Of a DNA stretch of 64,000 nt, positions 12,801 to 27,754 are shown piece after piece. The stretch is from positions 10,448,209 through 10,512,208 of the forward strand of contig NW_002060943.1 of assembly GCF_000150275.1 (NCBI RefSeq). Direction: 5' to 3'. A program made the position numbers and the translations under genes. The stretch is from Trichoplax adhaerens (lineage: Eukaryota; Animalia; Placozoa). Every line of letters starts with the position of its first letter. Positions within the stretch are counted from its first letter, which is position 1. The notes under the pieces were generated by a model. It was not told the origin of the DNA. It did not search any database and saw nothing but the letters and a program-made list of their open reading frames with translations.

Positions 12801-15800
12801 GATTAATAAGTTTAACAATGAACATTGTAACTTGGTCAATTAATACGCGTATGCTCGTATCTTTCTTAACTAAATTTCATAAAACTATGAAATGCAAAGC
12901 ATAGTGAAGATATCCTATACAGTACTTCATATTGAAAAAGTGTACCAAAGCTTTAAGTAAACAAATCTCTACTGTTTATGATCTTTATTAAAATAAATCG
13001 TCATTTTCTTTGTTTTATGCAACATTCATTCTTTAAGAATCGAAAGAAATACGGACGATTTACAGCAAACCGTTAAAGAAATTTCGACCGTGTTATATTC
13101 AAATAATGTTTATCCTTTGGCGAAGGAAGTTTTAAAGTTTTTTATTCATTTTTCAGGTAAGATACCATTGTTAATATACGGATATTGCACTATATCCTCT
13201 TATTTTTAATTCCGAACCCTTGAAGATAGCTAGAGGCAGATATATTTTTATATTTAATAAACATAAATACCTCTGGTACTTCTATCGTAAACCACATAAT
13301 CTATAATGCTGTAGGCTGTACAACTATCTGTTCTACCTTATTCTACAGCGATTAGTTAATTTTGAACAAGATAATATTCATTTCGATTGCTGTATTCGTG
13401 AGAAAGATATAAACGATATGCACTAGTCTAAATTTATATCTTTATAGATACTCGTATATACACACAAGGGTAGGATCTTAAAAAAGTCTTTCAACATAAT
13501 ACATAGTAAGAAATAGTAAAAAAATCACAAAAAGGGTTCTGTGTAGACTTCTTTCCATACTATAAGTTAATTAAGTTTATACTAAAAGATTCGGTAAGAA
13601 TTAGCGCAGGCATATAATTCACTTAAAATATCTTTTTAATTAGAAATCCATATGAAACGGAATATTGATTATTACTGATAGTATTACTGAAATAGTGGCT
13701 AGCTGTATGATAAGGAATAAACGTCGTCACTACCGTATACTTTCATATCTGTTTAATGTTGTAGCTGTATAGAAGTATTCTTTTAAAGATGCAATGCAAA
13801 TATATGCTCACATGCATATTAAGGCATGGGAGATTACGAAAATATTAGCAGCAATACTTACTCCATGCACATGCAGTAATACGTGTATACCTAGTTTCAT
13901 CAATAGCAATTACAATATATCCTAAATAATGGTCTTAATGATAATTTAAGTATTGTTCATGAAAGCCTTTTACCATATACTTTTATTGTAATTACTGATT
14001 AAATTCATCTTATATGGGTATACGATATAGTATTTTTAATGTATAATCTCTACAACGTAAATAAGAAGAAATTTTACGGTAAACTATGGTAGTTAAAGTT
14101 GACATGTACTAAAGCAGAGTTCCTTAGATGTTATTAAGTTTACATAATCACCTAAAAAAGCTATAGGAGTTAATTCTTCAAACTACTAATTGGATTTTGA
14201 AACAAAGGATATCCTACGTACACGATGCCATCATAAAACACAAAATTAAATTATGATCAGTCTTATTCTATCTTTCATATTCTCCTTTTAAAAATCTTAC
14301 TAAAATTGATTAAATTTTTTGATGTAATCAGCGCGAGGGTGTAATGAATTCCTTTCAAATTTGATAATTTCTTGGCAATCCTACCTATAACGACAATTTT
14401 GTTTAACAACTGCACTGTTATGACTACTTTCATATCATAAAGTGTCGAGAGGCCTTTTTATTAGCGGAATAAATACAAATTTAACTAGTATCTATAATGT
14501 AGTAAACAGAAATTAATACCTAAAGGGTAAAATTTCTTTTTATTATCTACTGTCAATAAAGTAAACTAGGGCCTACTGTCTTATAGCATTAAGTAAATAA
14601 TAAAGTTTAACTCATTTTTCTTTAAATATGTAATAAACTAAAATTCCCAATCTCGGTATTCCTATTGCACCTAATGATAATACTTATGTCATAAAGTATC
14701 GATAATATGCGTAATACATGAATCATCGATAAGATCGGAGCCGGTACTACATTTTATTCTCATTTTGAATAATGGCTTTTGGTAATTTTTCGTATCCCTT
14801 AAATATATTTACTAAATTAACCAGTAATTAATAATTTTTAAATTTGTAAATGATGCGTATTCATCTAATAAATATGAGCCCTATAATCGTATACTTGCAA
14901 AACTGATTAAAATTTAAAGGAATAGATTACTATCACCTTAATCATTGGATTAATAGATTGCATAGAGCACTCTAAATTATTTTACCTACTGAAGAAAGTG
15001 ATTTATAGAGTTTAAAACTAGTCTATATTCGGAGTTGTCACAGCAACAGTATATATATACATAATATTTGTGACGAAACGAAATGCGCAATGATGACCCT
15101 ATACAAAAACTTTGTTTTAAAAAAATACGTAACTTAGGAATCTAACAATATCATGTTTTGATGTCATTTACTGACGTCAAATGGAGTCATAAGTTCTCTA
15201 AGATTGTTTGCAACGGACTATTTTGGTATAAGACAACAAAATATTTATGATGGTTTAGTGTTGTCGATCGAATGTTTGTAAGGTAAATTTAATTTGTGCG
15301 TGAAACTGCTCGAATTTGAAAAAATTTATTAAAGTCTTATGATACACTGTATTATCGACATTTATGCTATTGTAGCCTTTCTCTACAGGTATACTAATAG
15401 TGTTGACTACGTGTCCATGTTGACCTAAAATACTTCAGACACTCCTTCTAAATGGTTTGACACCATCCACTATCGATATTAGTTATAACGCATTAAGTGT
15501 TAACATGAAAGTTGCAAATTCATCTAATCGATTTATTCGATGGTAAGGTTTAGATATGGAGGCAGACGGATTTAATTATATATACCCAAAAAGCTTAACT
15601 GTGCTAACTGTATACTGGACTAGTTGATATTCTACAACGTCAACGCGTAGATATCTTATTAATAGCTCAGTTCTACGACTTTACGAAGGCATAATTATAA
15701 AATGAACACATGTAATATTGATAACTTGCGATAGTCTATATAATTCTTTTGTAATACCATCAGATCAAACGGAGGGTGGGAGGAAAAAACTATGCATATC

Positions 15801-18461
15801 TTCGTATAGATTTTAAAGTCCACGGGTATACCGAGTTTAGTAGCTAGTATTGTATAATTGAAGGCAGCAAATTATGATTACAAGGTCTTTAACTTTGATA
15901 GTACGAAGATGCGTGCTGTACTTTATATGCATTAAATATTATATGAGTACTATGTGTCTTATGCGATATACGTATTCTGACTGTAAAGATAGTATGTTCA
16001 TATATACATGCATAAATATATGATAATTTAGCATACGGCACATTTGAATTTTGTAATCTAACCCTCGGAGTCTGATGCCATTTCACTGTATTATAGTCGG
16101 ATATTTTCTAAAATAAACGGGTTACGACAAAAAATTCTCTAATTTCTATGAGGATCGATATTATACAGAATACCATATGGTTGCATGCTTACAATTCCCT
16201 TACGCCTCTAATTGAGGTTGTGTAGCATTGTTTAAGTTTCTGTATACTTTATTCATTCTTACGCCCAAAACCCTATGAAGCATTATTCCATAAAATGTTG
16301 TAGTTACTCTGTTGGGTATGCGCTTTATAGTACCCTTGAAGCAATTCTTATAAACTGATCCTATTTTATACATTACAATAATAAATTGCTAAAATCATTT
16401 AGATTCTTGGAATATCGTCTAAATTAGCGAATATATTGAAAACATTTTCTGGCAGTTATAATGAAAGTATATAAATATGATATTTTACTATACGTGAAAG
16501 AATACATATTGTAACTAAAATTATGGTAATTGTCTTGTAATTTTTAAATCGATCTAACTGCTGCCGTATGGACGATAATTTATGTAAATATCACATTTGC
16601 GATTTGATACTATCTAACGTCCAAAGTATTATACCTTTAATATTTAGTTCCATCGTAAATACATCAAAGAAGAGTTTTACGTTATCACAGTAGTTTATTG
16701 GGTGGCTATATTATTTTTTTCTAATTATTGTGATTGGTATTAAGGACTGTAATCAATGAGGTGTAATAATATCAGCAAAATGGTACTACAAGTAGCGTAT
16801 CACTTTATCTATAATTTTCCTTTGCTTATAGTATGGCTGTAGTTTTTATCGCTTAGGAATATACTGTTTGTTGATAGTAGTCATATATACGAGAATATAT
16901 TTCACAGAATGAAATGGTATTTAGTTGGTATCCTCTAGTAAGAGTTGAGTTGATTCGCATGTTTTGGTCTTAGATAACGTAACACTAATGATATGCCAGA
17001 ATTAAAAACTATCAGAAATTTGCATGAGATCGAGTATCAGTAGTTGAGCGTTATCTTGCCTATCATAGAGCAGCTCAGCTGGTATACCATGATAGTCATG
17101 GAATAAGAATCATTCTTGATGTAATAATAACAACCTTAGTTATAAATAAATAACTGTAATGACTGTTCTACCTACTCGGATGAAATCAAGAACGATCTAT
17201 AAAAGGGAAAATATCTGTTACTTCTACGGATTAATTTTATGGTATCAGTTGTATGATTAGAGTTTTGAAACATCATGTCCAGCTGATAGTTCAATAATAT
17301 TATGCTTTGCACGTTAATCGAATATTGAACACTATTCCGGTATACGAGCATTCAAAATTATTTTAGGTAAGCGCAATTTGGTTGTGAAACATGCCTTAAT
17401 TGCCGTAATAATAGCGGTACAGTTATTACATCTTTCCGACGGAATACCGAATGTTTTTAGCAAGGAAAGATATAGAATGCTTCTAGGGTTGCAGAATTGA
17501 AAATGGGTTAATTGCTATTTCAATAGAATACTAAGTTCACGAGTATTGAAGAAAGATCAAAATTTTAATACCCGTATTAAACTTGTCTTGATTTAAACAA
17601 AAGAAAGATAATCTCGAAACGATTAGCCTTGAGGTAGATTTTATTATTTTATAATAGCATCGTAGGAAAAGGTTTTAATTTAACGGCGAGGTAAGCAATA
17701 ATGAGAATGAGACTGTTACAGTTATCATAAAATTAAAATTCTGCGTGATTTTGGCTTTTCAAGATTACATCGCTTTTTTTGCAAAGAAAGTTAGATTCGC
17801 AATAGATTTTTAGATTTATTTTAATGGCTTTAGAAATTTATAACTCAGCTAGAGCTAATAGCAGTATCAAAAATTCAAAGTTGCCTCATTTTCGTTCTGA
17901 ACCAGATATAATTGAAGTGTTATGATAGTTAATCAAATGTACGAGACGGAATACTTCTGTAAACCATTACGCAAATTAAAATAGTTGAGCGGCAACTCAA
18001 TTTAATTTTTGTCTTAACAAAGCGTCTAAGTAGATGTTGCCGTTCATATTATACCCTATTGCTGAGCAAGAAGAAATATCTAACTGGTCAAGTTGATAAT
18101 ATATCAATACAACAATTAATTCTAAGATATGTTTAACTTAATGACTAGACGAATCCGATCAATTTTATCATGCTGTAGCTTGCTTAAGTTAATAAAATTA
18201 ATTATAGGAATTTATAGACAATCGAATCCAGAAATTTTAATCAGTTGCTGCATAGCAGCTGTTTTATAGATAGTAAAATAAGCCTTCAAATTTTCTTCTT
18301 TAATAAGTTAAATATTTTGAAGGGTATTACCAAATGAGATTGTAAATAATGTTTTAATTATTGTACCTTATGCGTTAGGGTACAGCAAATGTTATTACCC
18401 TATGCTCTTTAACCACTTCTTTTGTTCATCTAATATAAAGTTATTGTTGTAAAAGTAGTAT

Positions 18462-19463
18462 TTATTTTTTGTTACTAACTAGACTTTTTCTGGTAAATGT
18501 GCCACTGGTCGTTAAAGTCTTTCTTATTTTTTTATAAAATTCCTTCCTATATGATTGATTAATTGCTGAATACAGGACAGGATTAAAACAGCAATTAATT
18601 AAGATTAATATTTTAGTTACCAGATAAGCCTCATCATCCATCGGTAAGAGCTGAAAATTCATCAAAGTGAAATAAATTTGACTTGGAGTCCAACATAGCA
18701 TAAAAGTCATTGACGATATAAAAGTGATAATAACTACGCGACGGTATATTAATTTATTACGAAATCGACCAACATTATTACAAGATGTAATATTAAAAAG
18801 TTGATGTAATTTTTTTACTGTTGCCGCATAACATACGACGAGAGTACAACTCGGTAAGAAAAATTTGGTTAGAAATAGCAGCAAATATAACATGTTATTG
18901 ATTACTTTACCAATAGGTAATTCTTGCCAGATACATGTAAATGCTTGATCGTAGATATAGCCATAGCTAAGACTGCTGTGGAATATATTAGGCATATTAA
19001 CGATTCCACTCGATATTGTTACGGCCATAATCATCCATTTAGTTCGATTGGGCGTAAATAAAGCACGATGTCTAACTTTATTTTGTATAATGTAGTACCT
19101 TTCAATGCTTAATAACGTGACGGTATAAATGGAAGCAATTCCAGATGTCCAAACGAGATATTCCGATGCTATAAAGCTGCAATATAGAGTCCCTAAAAGG
19201 ATGTTAGTTGAAGTATTGGTGATGTTAATTTTATCCTTGCTCTGTAAAGGCACTAGTATACTTTCGCTGTAGACTAGTGTACTATTAGGTACAAGAATGA
19301 CTGAAATACAGAACGCAATATCAAAAATTGCCAATGCCATTATAATTTTACTGGAGGATTTACTCAGTAATGTTCGCGTACAGATGAACATGAAGCAATT
19401 AACTGTATTACTAAAAATTGCAAAAATAGCAATAGAAAGAAGTAGAATATTAAGAGCTTCCAT
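18462..19463 (-). CDS. Intronless class A GPCR, paralogue of the 8825-9856 receptor
   Basis: LAIFD, SIERY, CWTP, NPVLY, seven TMs. Shares SS.K.I, SIY...S.ERYY.I, N.P...H and F.LP..T...CY blocks with GPCR1. Confidence 0.93.
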   Translation of the reverse strand: MEALNILLLSIAIFAIFSNTVNCFMFICTRTLLSKSSSKIIMALAIFDIAFCISVILVPNSTLVYSESILVPLQSKDKINITNTSTNILLGTLYCSFIASEYLVWTSGIASIYTVTLLSIERYYIIQNKVRHRALFTPNRTKWMIMAVTISSGIVNMPNIFHSSLSYGYIYDQAFTCIWQELPIGKVINNMLYLLLFLTKFFLPSCTLVVCYAATVKKLHQLFNITSCNNVGRFRNKLIYRRVVIITFISSMTFMLCWTPSQIYFTLMNFQLLPMDDEAYLVTKILILINCCFNPVLYSAINQSYRKEFYKKIRKTLTTSGTFTRKSLVSNKK

Positions 19464-21123
19464 AACCCATGAAATATATTATAATAAAATTGGATGTTCT
19501 AAATCTCTAAAATTTGTTGTTGAGTTTTGTTCCTCTTGCATGAGAATATTTTACCGATCTTACAGCTGACAGCTATAACTATAAAAAGCAATCTATCCTT
19601 AGGATATCTATAAAATGGTATATCTTAGAGTAGAGACAATAGTACTCGTATAACGTCTACGTGATCTCCTATACTTTTGTGTTCAAGTTAATTTGCTCAA
19701 GTACATTTAGATAATTGGTTAGTATAATGTATGGTAGTCAACGTGTTACGCTTCTGAATTTTTTATGATCTAATAAGCATAATAATTAAAATATACAATG
19801 ACGACCAATGATGCAATTCAACTTGCAGTATATGTAGTGTATACTCGTAATTAGATAAATTGATTAATAAAAATAGTATACCATATTTCTTGATTTCCAA
19901 AAAAGGCTCAATTGCCAACTTAAATACGCTAATAGACCTTTTTGATTCGGTAAATCTACTCTTGATTAATTCGTTTACGTTTTCAGTTCTCTCTAACAAT
20001 AATCATATTATGGTTAAAGAATAATTTATGTGGTAGCAGTAAGCCGTCGTGTTTAAACAATTGATAAGGAAATAACTACAGTTCTCTTTTGTTTTTCCCC
20101 TTATTTTTCTGTATAGTTGAATAGCTAGACTAATAAGTAGTTCATTATTTTAGTGCCTAATTCCATATTTTTAAGGAAAAATGAAATATTCTTACGTAGA
20201 TGATAACATTCAATTAACTTAATTCGTGTTGCTGTAAATAAATAAAACGTCCGACGCTATTTTTAAATTCCGTCTTTGAAGAATAACCATATTAATTAAA
20301 GTACTAACACTACGCTTTGTTTCGTGCGCTAATGATTTTAACTCCTTCAAATGATATTGGAAAGGGCTATACATGCTTTGTCTGTACGTTGGATAAAAAA
20401 TTGTCTGCTACAAATTTATCTGAATTGAAATGAAAAGACAAGTTCAACCTTGGTAAGAAAATGCATTTTAATTGTTTTGGAATAGATTCGTTGTCTACTA
20501 TATATTGCGCCTAATATTTATTAAGATCAGCAATTTCGGTGAGATTGGCCAAATATGCCGTATTTTACTAATTATTATTTATATATTTACATAAACCCGT
20601 ATAGCCACGATCATAACATATAGTCAACCATAAAATACAAAATTTTTCAATAGGAAAGGGTCACAGTAAGGTTTTGAAGGTAAAATGATGCTGATGTACA
20701 ACTATAATCAATATATATACATCGGTCACTGTACAATCCAATTTAAATAGCTACAGTATTTCTTGTACCAAACTGTAAGAAAGTTTCTGATAAGTTGAGG
20801 ATTATATAGCTAATTGCGCAGTAGGCTGCCTTAAAATTATAAAACATTATTTGCATTGTACTACTCAACCCGTAAGGTCGATAACGAAGTAGAAATGCTA
20901 TCTATATTAGATAGTTCTGCAGTGATAGTAAAGAGCATAGATCATCAAACATAAATGCTTAGATTATTATACTCAAAGACTCCATAACAAAGTTCTTCCA
21001 ACTCCGGATATATTCAAAAAAATTAAAGTTTAGCTAAATTTCAACATTCCTTCCAATAGAATTGTAATCAATTCGTAGGAAGGTTAACATATTTCAAAAT
21101 TTCAGAACGGTATGCATCTTATA

Positions 21124-24100
21124 CTACACGTTAAAAGCTCCAGTGGTATTTAATATTGGTATTTCGGTAACAGGCTGACTATCATTGGTACTTCGTAGAA
21201 TCTGATTACTAACAGTAAATCTAAGTGTTAATCCCACTGCAAAGACAGCTGCAATAAAAATCGTAGTGATGACTCGACGCTTTAAGATTAAGTTCCATGG
21301 ATCTTTATTACTTCGTACAATAACCTGAACATCTTGTTCTATGTTTTCGTTACTATTAATTAAGGTCTCAGTATCATTAGCAGCTACATCTTTATTTATA
21401 ATATCTTTCTGAACTTCTATAAGAATAAGATAAACAGATGTTAGTAACTCATTCTTATTGATACAGCACGAAAGCAAAATTTCTTATTGCAAGCCAAAGT
21501 AATGATAATCTATAAATTTTTTCGTTATTAGTACTATCAAGTATGGTTACTTCATGTAACATGATTAAAGTTGAGCGGACGTACCGTCCATTTCTATATC
21601 GTTCTCACTGTTACTTGTACTTAGATTTAACGTGTCATCTCTTGATCTTTCCATTGCCTGTGAAATTTAATATTGATAATATTTATTTCCTTTGCAATAA
21701 AATTACATTTGCTAAATCACCTTTTCTAAACGTTAAACTGAGAAGCAATATGAATCGGGTGATTTTTTTCGTAAAATTATGTTGTCATAAAATGGATAAG
21801 ATGTGATAGCTAGATTTTTATGGCTACTATACTAATAGATATTTAGTAAAAAATATTTGCCATACCAGTTTTGCTTGGTTTTCCCAGTTGACTCTTGCAA
21901 GTATTATAAAATCAAAGAGCATCTAGCCCAAACAAGAATTGAGTTATTAACCTTACGATACGAATTACTCAGAAGATGCTACATGAAATTTTAGTAATGT
22001 ATTAATTCGTTCTTACTTGCAAACTTAATCCAGTTAACGAGCCAATCCAAAGACCTGGGATCGTAATGACAGGTTAATGAATTATAAATATAATGTGCGC
22101 GTACTGTAAGAAATTAAGAGAAAGACTGATGATTCCTAGATTTTATGCATCGTTCTTGCCTTTCAGGCCCATATGTGCAGAAAACGTAAGTACAAGACCA
22201 ATTGGAATAGCAAAAACGCAGTAACCAAGAAAATTTGCTATTGCTCCAAGCCGTTGAATTCCGATACCTTTGATAATGCCGCCACATATACACTATTTTT
22301 AATCATGATTATAATAAAACAAAATGGAAATGCTTAAAATAAAAAAAAGATGAGGAATGAATATTTTATTACAACTTGTTGCGGAGTAATTTTGGTACAG
22401 CTGCCGTATCATAGTTTCCTTAAGATTACTTGTCTGGGAATGTGTTAATATTAATTTATCTAAGTTTCTAATAGATAAGTGCATAGTTTTATAGTTTTAT
22501 CTGAGTGCTGATAGCTAATGTTTATGTACATAGGTTTATTATGAATTGACTTATTTTTTCAATAAAGGTTTGGATTTAGTTTTGTCTAAGAGAGAATAAC
22601 GATAATACTGTTCCTCCTGACGGTGGAAATCGTCAGTATTTAAAATCTTACTGTAGGTAGATGTCGGGGAAGACAAAACTGACAATAAGCTCGTAGTGTT
22701 CTCTGTAGTAGTTTTTAATTTTTCTCACGTTACAAACTTTAGGTTTTTAACACAACTGGAACGCCTTATATAATTTTCTATAATTTTCTACTTAGATAAG
22801 GGTATATGGAAGACATTGGTTTAAAATTAAAGGTGATGAGTAAATTTGAATACCGACAAATTGACAAACCTGAGTTCCGTCGAAGATATGGCATGCAGCT
22901 ACGAAGGGGTAAAGTGTTGCCGCCAGAACGATTACTTCTCTATATCAAGTGATATGAAGTCGGGAATTAGATTTGTAACTTTATTAATTATTGAAATATA
23001 TCCATACTTATCCGTAGTAAAAGCGCGAGCAAGGACATCCTTAGTCGCCATGACAATCGAGAAAAGTATGACGACAGATACCGCTAAAAAAAATCAGAAA
23101 AATTTTAGCATTGGCAATAAATTATCAAACTTATCAAAGATCGCATTTTATTGCGACATACAACTCAGAAATAGAGCAGCTAATGCTGCTCTACGAGCAC
23201 CAGTGGGATTATTGCTACCCAATTCATTACCAACGCGAACAGTAGCGGCATCGCCGATACCTAGGCAGACCTATGATTACAGGAAGTTGTATTCATTAAA
23301 TTATCTGAAGAAGTTAAGTTAAACAAGATGCAATTGCCTATTACAATTTCTCTAATTTTTAAACAAGGATAGCATTTAGTTAAATAATGGTCACATTAGT
23401 TATCATTTACTCACCACGAACAAAAAGAGTAATGTGTTGACTAAAGCACCTTGTGCACCCAGCGCCACTGTACCTAGCAATCCTGTCACAGTCGATGTGT
23501 CATATGATAAAGAGATAAATACATCAAGAATGCAATGAGAACACAATTTTATCCTACTTACCAGCTGCGATTGTATACACTTCAAAACTCCACCATTCTA
23601 TACACAGCATTACTACACCGGCCGTAGCAAGCTTCATGTACGAGAACCAATCCAAGAACAAATCTTGAGACCAGCCATCCCATGTACTAAGATGAACCTT
23701 TTTCCATTTAATGTAAACTAGCGTGGCAACAGGCAAGAAACAGAAGGAAATATTGCTAGCCCAAGCCGCACCTCTTTAAATATGAAAAGTTAGATTTACA
23801 GTTAATATCGTTGATATTGAATATTTCACTACTGTATTTGTGTATGGAGGATTTATCCATGTCATCTATTGTAAAATTTCAAGAAATACTAATTCTTACG
23901 TCAGTCCCCATTTGAAGACGAAAAGGAAGAGGTAGCATAACAATGCATTAATACCATTACCAATCAAACCAATTATTGCTGCTGGTATTACATTTCCCTG
24001 CAATAGTTTAATAAATAAAAGTCAGATATATGATGAGCATTCCTTAACGTTAATAGCTGACGTGCCCCTATGTTAACCTATAACTTTGTTGATGAGGATA

Positions 24101-27100
24101 TTTAGGCAATACGTATAAATATGAATTTAAAAACATTTTACATGTCAGAAAAGCCATGGAGCAACGTACTAAATTTACGAGAGTATAATCTTTTAGTACA
24201 TTAAGTATTTACCTGTGCTTGGAGGTATTTTTGTAATATCAAGAAGTAAAGTTGACCCTGGGGATAAAGAAGGGTAAGTTTAGCGACACTTATTTAAATA
24301 GGCTTGATATCGTAGTTAGATGGATGCTAATTACTATTAAAAATACATATATACCATTAATGATGGTATGGCATTTATGATGAAAGTGTCAGTCAGTCTG
24401 TACAATAAAATGTTAGAAAATAATCTTAGTATGCTACCACGAAGTATAGAAGACAAGTTTTGGTTAAGGAGAGATGCATTGTGAAAGGTAAATTTATAAG
24501 CCTATAAATCTATGAAAATCGAACATTACCTGACAACATCGATATTCTGGCGGAATAGAACTAACAATAGTGCGCCACAATTAAACCATAGTGTGTAAAT
24601 TACCAGCAAAGACAGGGATAAAATTATCAGGCCTAAAGGATAATTGTGGCTATAGTTAGTACTCTGTAGGGTCTATAGTTTCCTGTAGCACTTTCTAATA
24701 CCGTATTATGTTACATCGAGGAAGAGAAAAATACAATTCAAAGTGTTATGAAGCATTCAGTTGTATCAACGCAATTAAAAACGGAACTGTCATAGTAACG
24801 TGTTACTGGTAATTTCTATGTATTTCATCACGTACTGCGCTGTAGTACTATTCCAAGTTTTTTCTTGTTGCTGCTTCCAAATACCTAAAATTTACAAAGG
24901 AATCATTGATGGAGTGTACAAAGATATTAAATCTACCGGGTAACATTCAGGTACACGAGGTAAAAGTAAAGCGTGCATCTTAAAATGTTCGATAATAAAA
25001 TTCAACATGAAGACGTTCTGTGAGACAGAAATATTGCACGAATAGCCTTGTATGTGAATAAGGGCTATATGAAACATGAAAACTATTGATATTCATTATG
25101 GACAGAGAAGGGTTCTGTTATACTGTATGATAGCTTTCCTAGCAAATGGTAATTATATATTTTTATAATCTTACCTGAGGGAATAGAGTGTCGCATGCCG
25201 CGCAAAGGCCGGTAACAATAGAAAGCCCAAACACATTAATAAACTAAAATTATAGTGAAAGAAGATAATTATAAAATTTAGTGAATTTCGAAAATAGCGT
25301 TAATAGTTTGCATGTACTGCTATATCCGACGGTAAGCAAATTACGATGAAAAAGTTTGTAGATCTTCCTGAATTTGATCTGTTTACATACCGAAGTTGCT
25401 AGTGCTGTAAGGAAAGAAATAACAGATTAAGATACAGACACGAAATATGGTGTATAATCAGGCTTAAAATGTTTCGTTATGTGGCAATGAAGACGCAGCA
25501 TGAAGACTATCAAAAATTGACCTCTTGAAACACACATAGGGTATTCAATAAAGTCTTACAGTTGCTAACTAACTACTGTTATTATTGAGCTTTGGCTTTT
25601 AATTTTAGTCCTGTAAATAAGACTGCTGTAGTACAGAGTGACAATATCTTTAAAGTATTAATTATAATTATTATACAGTACGAATATTGTACCGAAGTGA
25701 TGTACTGTATACTATACAGATATGTATAGCAAGTCCGTTTCCCGACAACATATTCAACGTACTTTGATATATCAATTTATGCATAATCACGTGAGAGTGA
25801 TATCGCAATCATAATAACAATTATTAGTATCCAAGTTCCTTACTTGCAGCAGCTAAGCTGGTCCTATCTAAGTGACCACAAAAAGCAGTAGTGACAATTG
25901 GATTCGATGAACGAGTAACATTGATCAAGATCTGTTCAAATACAAATGGTTACACATTGATAAATCCATGAATTTGCAGTGTTGCTAATTCTAAAGTTAT
26001 ATTTCTACTTTTGTCATCATTTAGGCAATGGATATACGGGTATTCGTACAATATCAGAGTACAGTACGAATAATGAGCGGATTCGCTTTAACATTCTAAG
26101 AAATGCAAGATCTATGGTTCAAATTTCAAAGCTAAAGTACTGTACTTTATAATAAAAATAATAATACAACCACAATATAACATTGCAAATAGTATACGAT
26201 AGGATATCTCTAGTCTGTCGATAGCGCGATTCACCTGAGATACAAACTATTTAGAGTGAGTGCAAAAATCGTAGCATCATTTTAAACTAACTGTAAGTTA
26301 CTTAACATTGCTTCTTGATTATATTTAAAATATCATTCCTAAATTTAGTGACAAAATATAGCAGAGTGGTTAACGAGTATGTACATAGCACGTATACCGT
26401 ATACTTGTTTGTAGTGGAATAATTTGTCACTATAATTTCATATGTTGAAATAACTGAGGTAGAGTAGTTGGCATGATTTTTCTATGGCCATATTTGATTT
26501 CACATCTAGTCATAGTCGTCTTTTAAGGTAATCCGTTGCAAGAGTGTATTTAAAGGGCGTATAAATTTACAGCTTTGTATAATCACTTGTACATACTGTA
26601 CTGTACAGTAAAGAATAATTGTGCTGGACAGTAAAAAAGGCTTTAATTCTTTCTGGAATCAATCGTAAAACAATAATATTACTGCCTACAGTAGAGTAGA
26701 TCTGCAGTTAAGGTGATTCCTTTTTGGGGACAATAATTGCAATAGCATGCCGGTATGCATTAATAAGTTCCAAATATGTACGTACATATCTAGTTATAAA
26801 CAAGCATGTTGCGCACGAGCTCGCCACATGCAGTCAGTCGACAATGCGAGTACAAATGCAGACAGCATCTACATGACTGTACACTGTAACACTACAGCAT
26901 TACTGATTTAAAATTGTCCAGACACACAGCTAGTGCAGCACTAACAGCATGAGAGAGATAAAGAAGAAGACAAGAAATAGAGCTATTGGTTTATAAACTT
27001 GAAGAACGATTATGATTAATTATTAAAGATCTTACCAAGGGCCAAGCCAAGGTAAAAATTTTTCGAAATTCAACCGAGAGATTTTTCGAAATTCGCAATT

Positions 27101-27113
27101 GCTTGAACCACAT
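21124..27113 (-). CDS. SLC47A: MATE family (SLC47/MATE1-like) multidrug and toxin extrusion transporter, multi-exon
   Basis: Spliced: MWFKQ...RKIFTLAWPL; AFCGHL; ACDTLFPQVFGS; LSTWDGWS; MLCIEWWSFE; ATVRVGNELG; GGIIKGIGIQRLGA; GLWIG; extra C-terminal TM typical of animal MATEs. Contains a 14-nt microexon and one GC-AG intron. Confidence 0.93.
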
Positions 27114-27754
27114 TTTTTTGGTACTAGTATATCACTCAATAATGCTATAACATATGCATAGGCAAAGAAAATAAAGTGATAGGGTTGCTTTGAATTGAGT
27201 TTTACTTTCTTTGTTGGGCAGATTTTAAATTCAACTACCACATGATAACTTTGCTTTTTTACTTGTAGCAACGAGTACCAGCCACCAAAATTTTAAATGT
27301 TCAAGTAAGGACGTAGAGTATTTTTAATTGTATATTATTATTAATGTTCAGTCTACCGGCACTTTTATAACTAGAGCTTTTAGATAGGCAGTACAATAAT
27401 TTCTGATAGAATTTCCTTGGATTAAATTTTGGAGTTCAATGCCCTTCTTTGCTGTACTCTATTACTGTACATATCCCTCCGCGACCTTCGTTTATAAAGC
27501 TTCGATAATCTAATATTACATTCATTACACGACCGTGATGCAATGCAATTCATTAAGTGGACTCATCCTCTTTTCCTTTGTACCCAAATGTGTAAAACAG
27601 ATGTCGTATGATTTCTTGGTACTATAGTAGAACGAGGCCAATGTGAACGACATCTGTTTTACATCGTTGAATAATTAAATTAAATTAAGGTTAAGGTTAA
27701 AAAAGAACATCTGACATTAGCATACAGCATGTTGATGCAATAGTGTGCAATATA

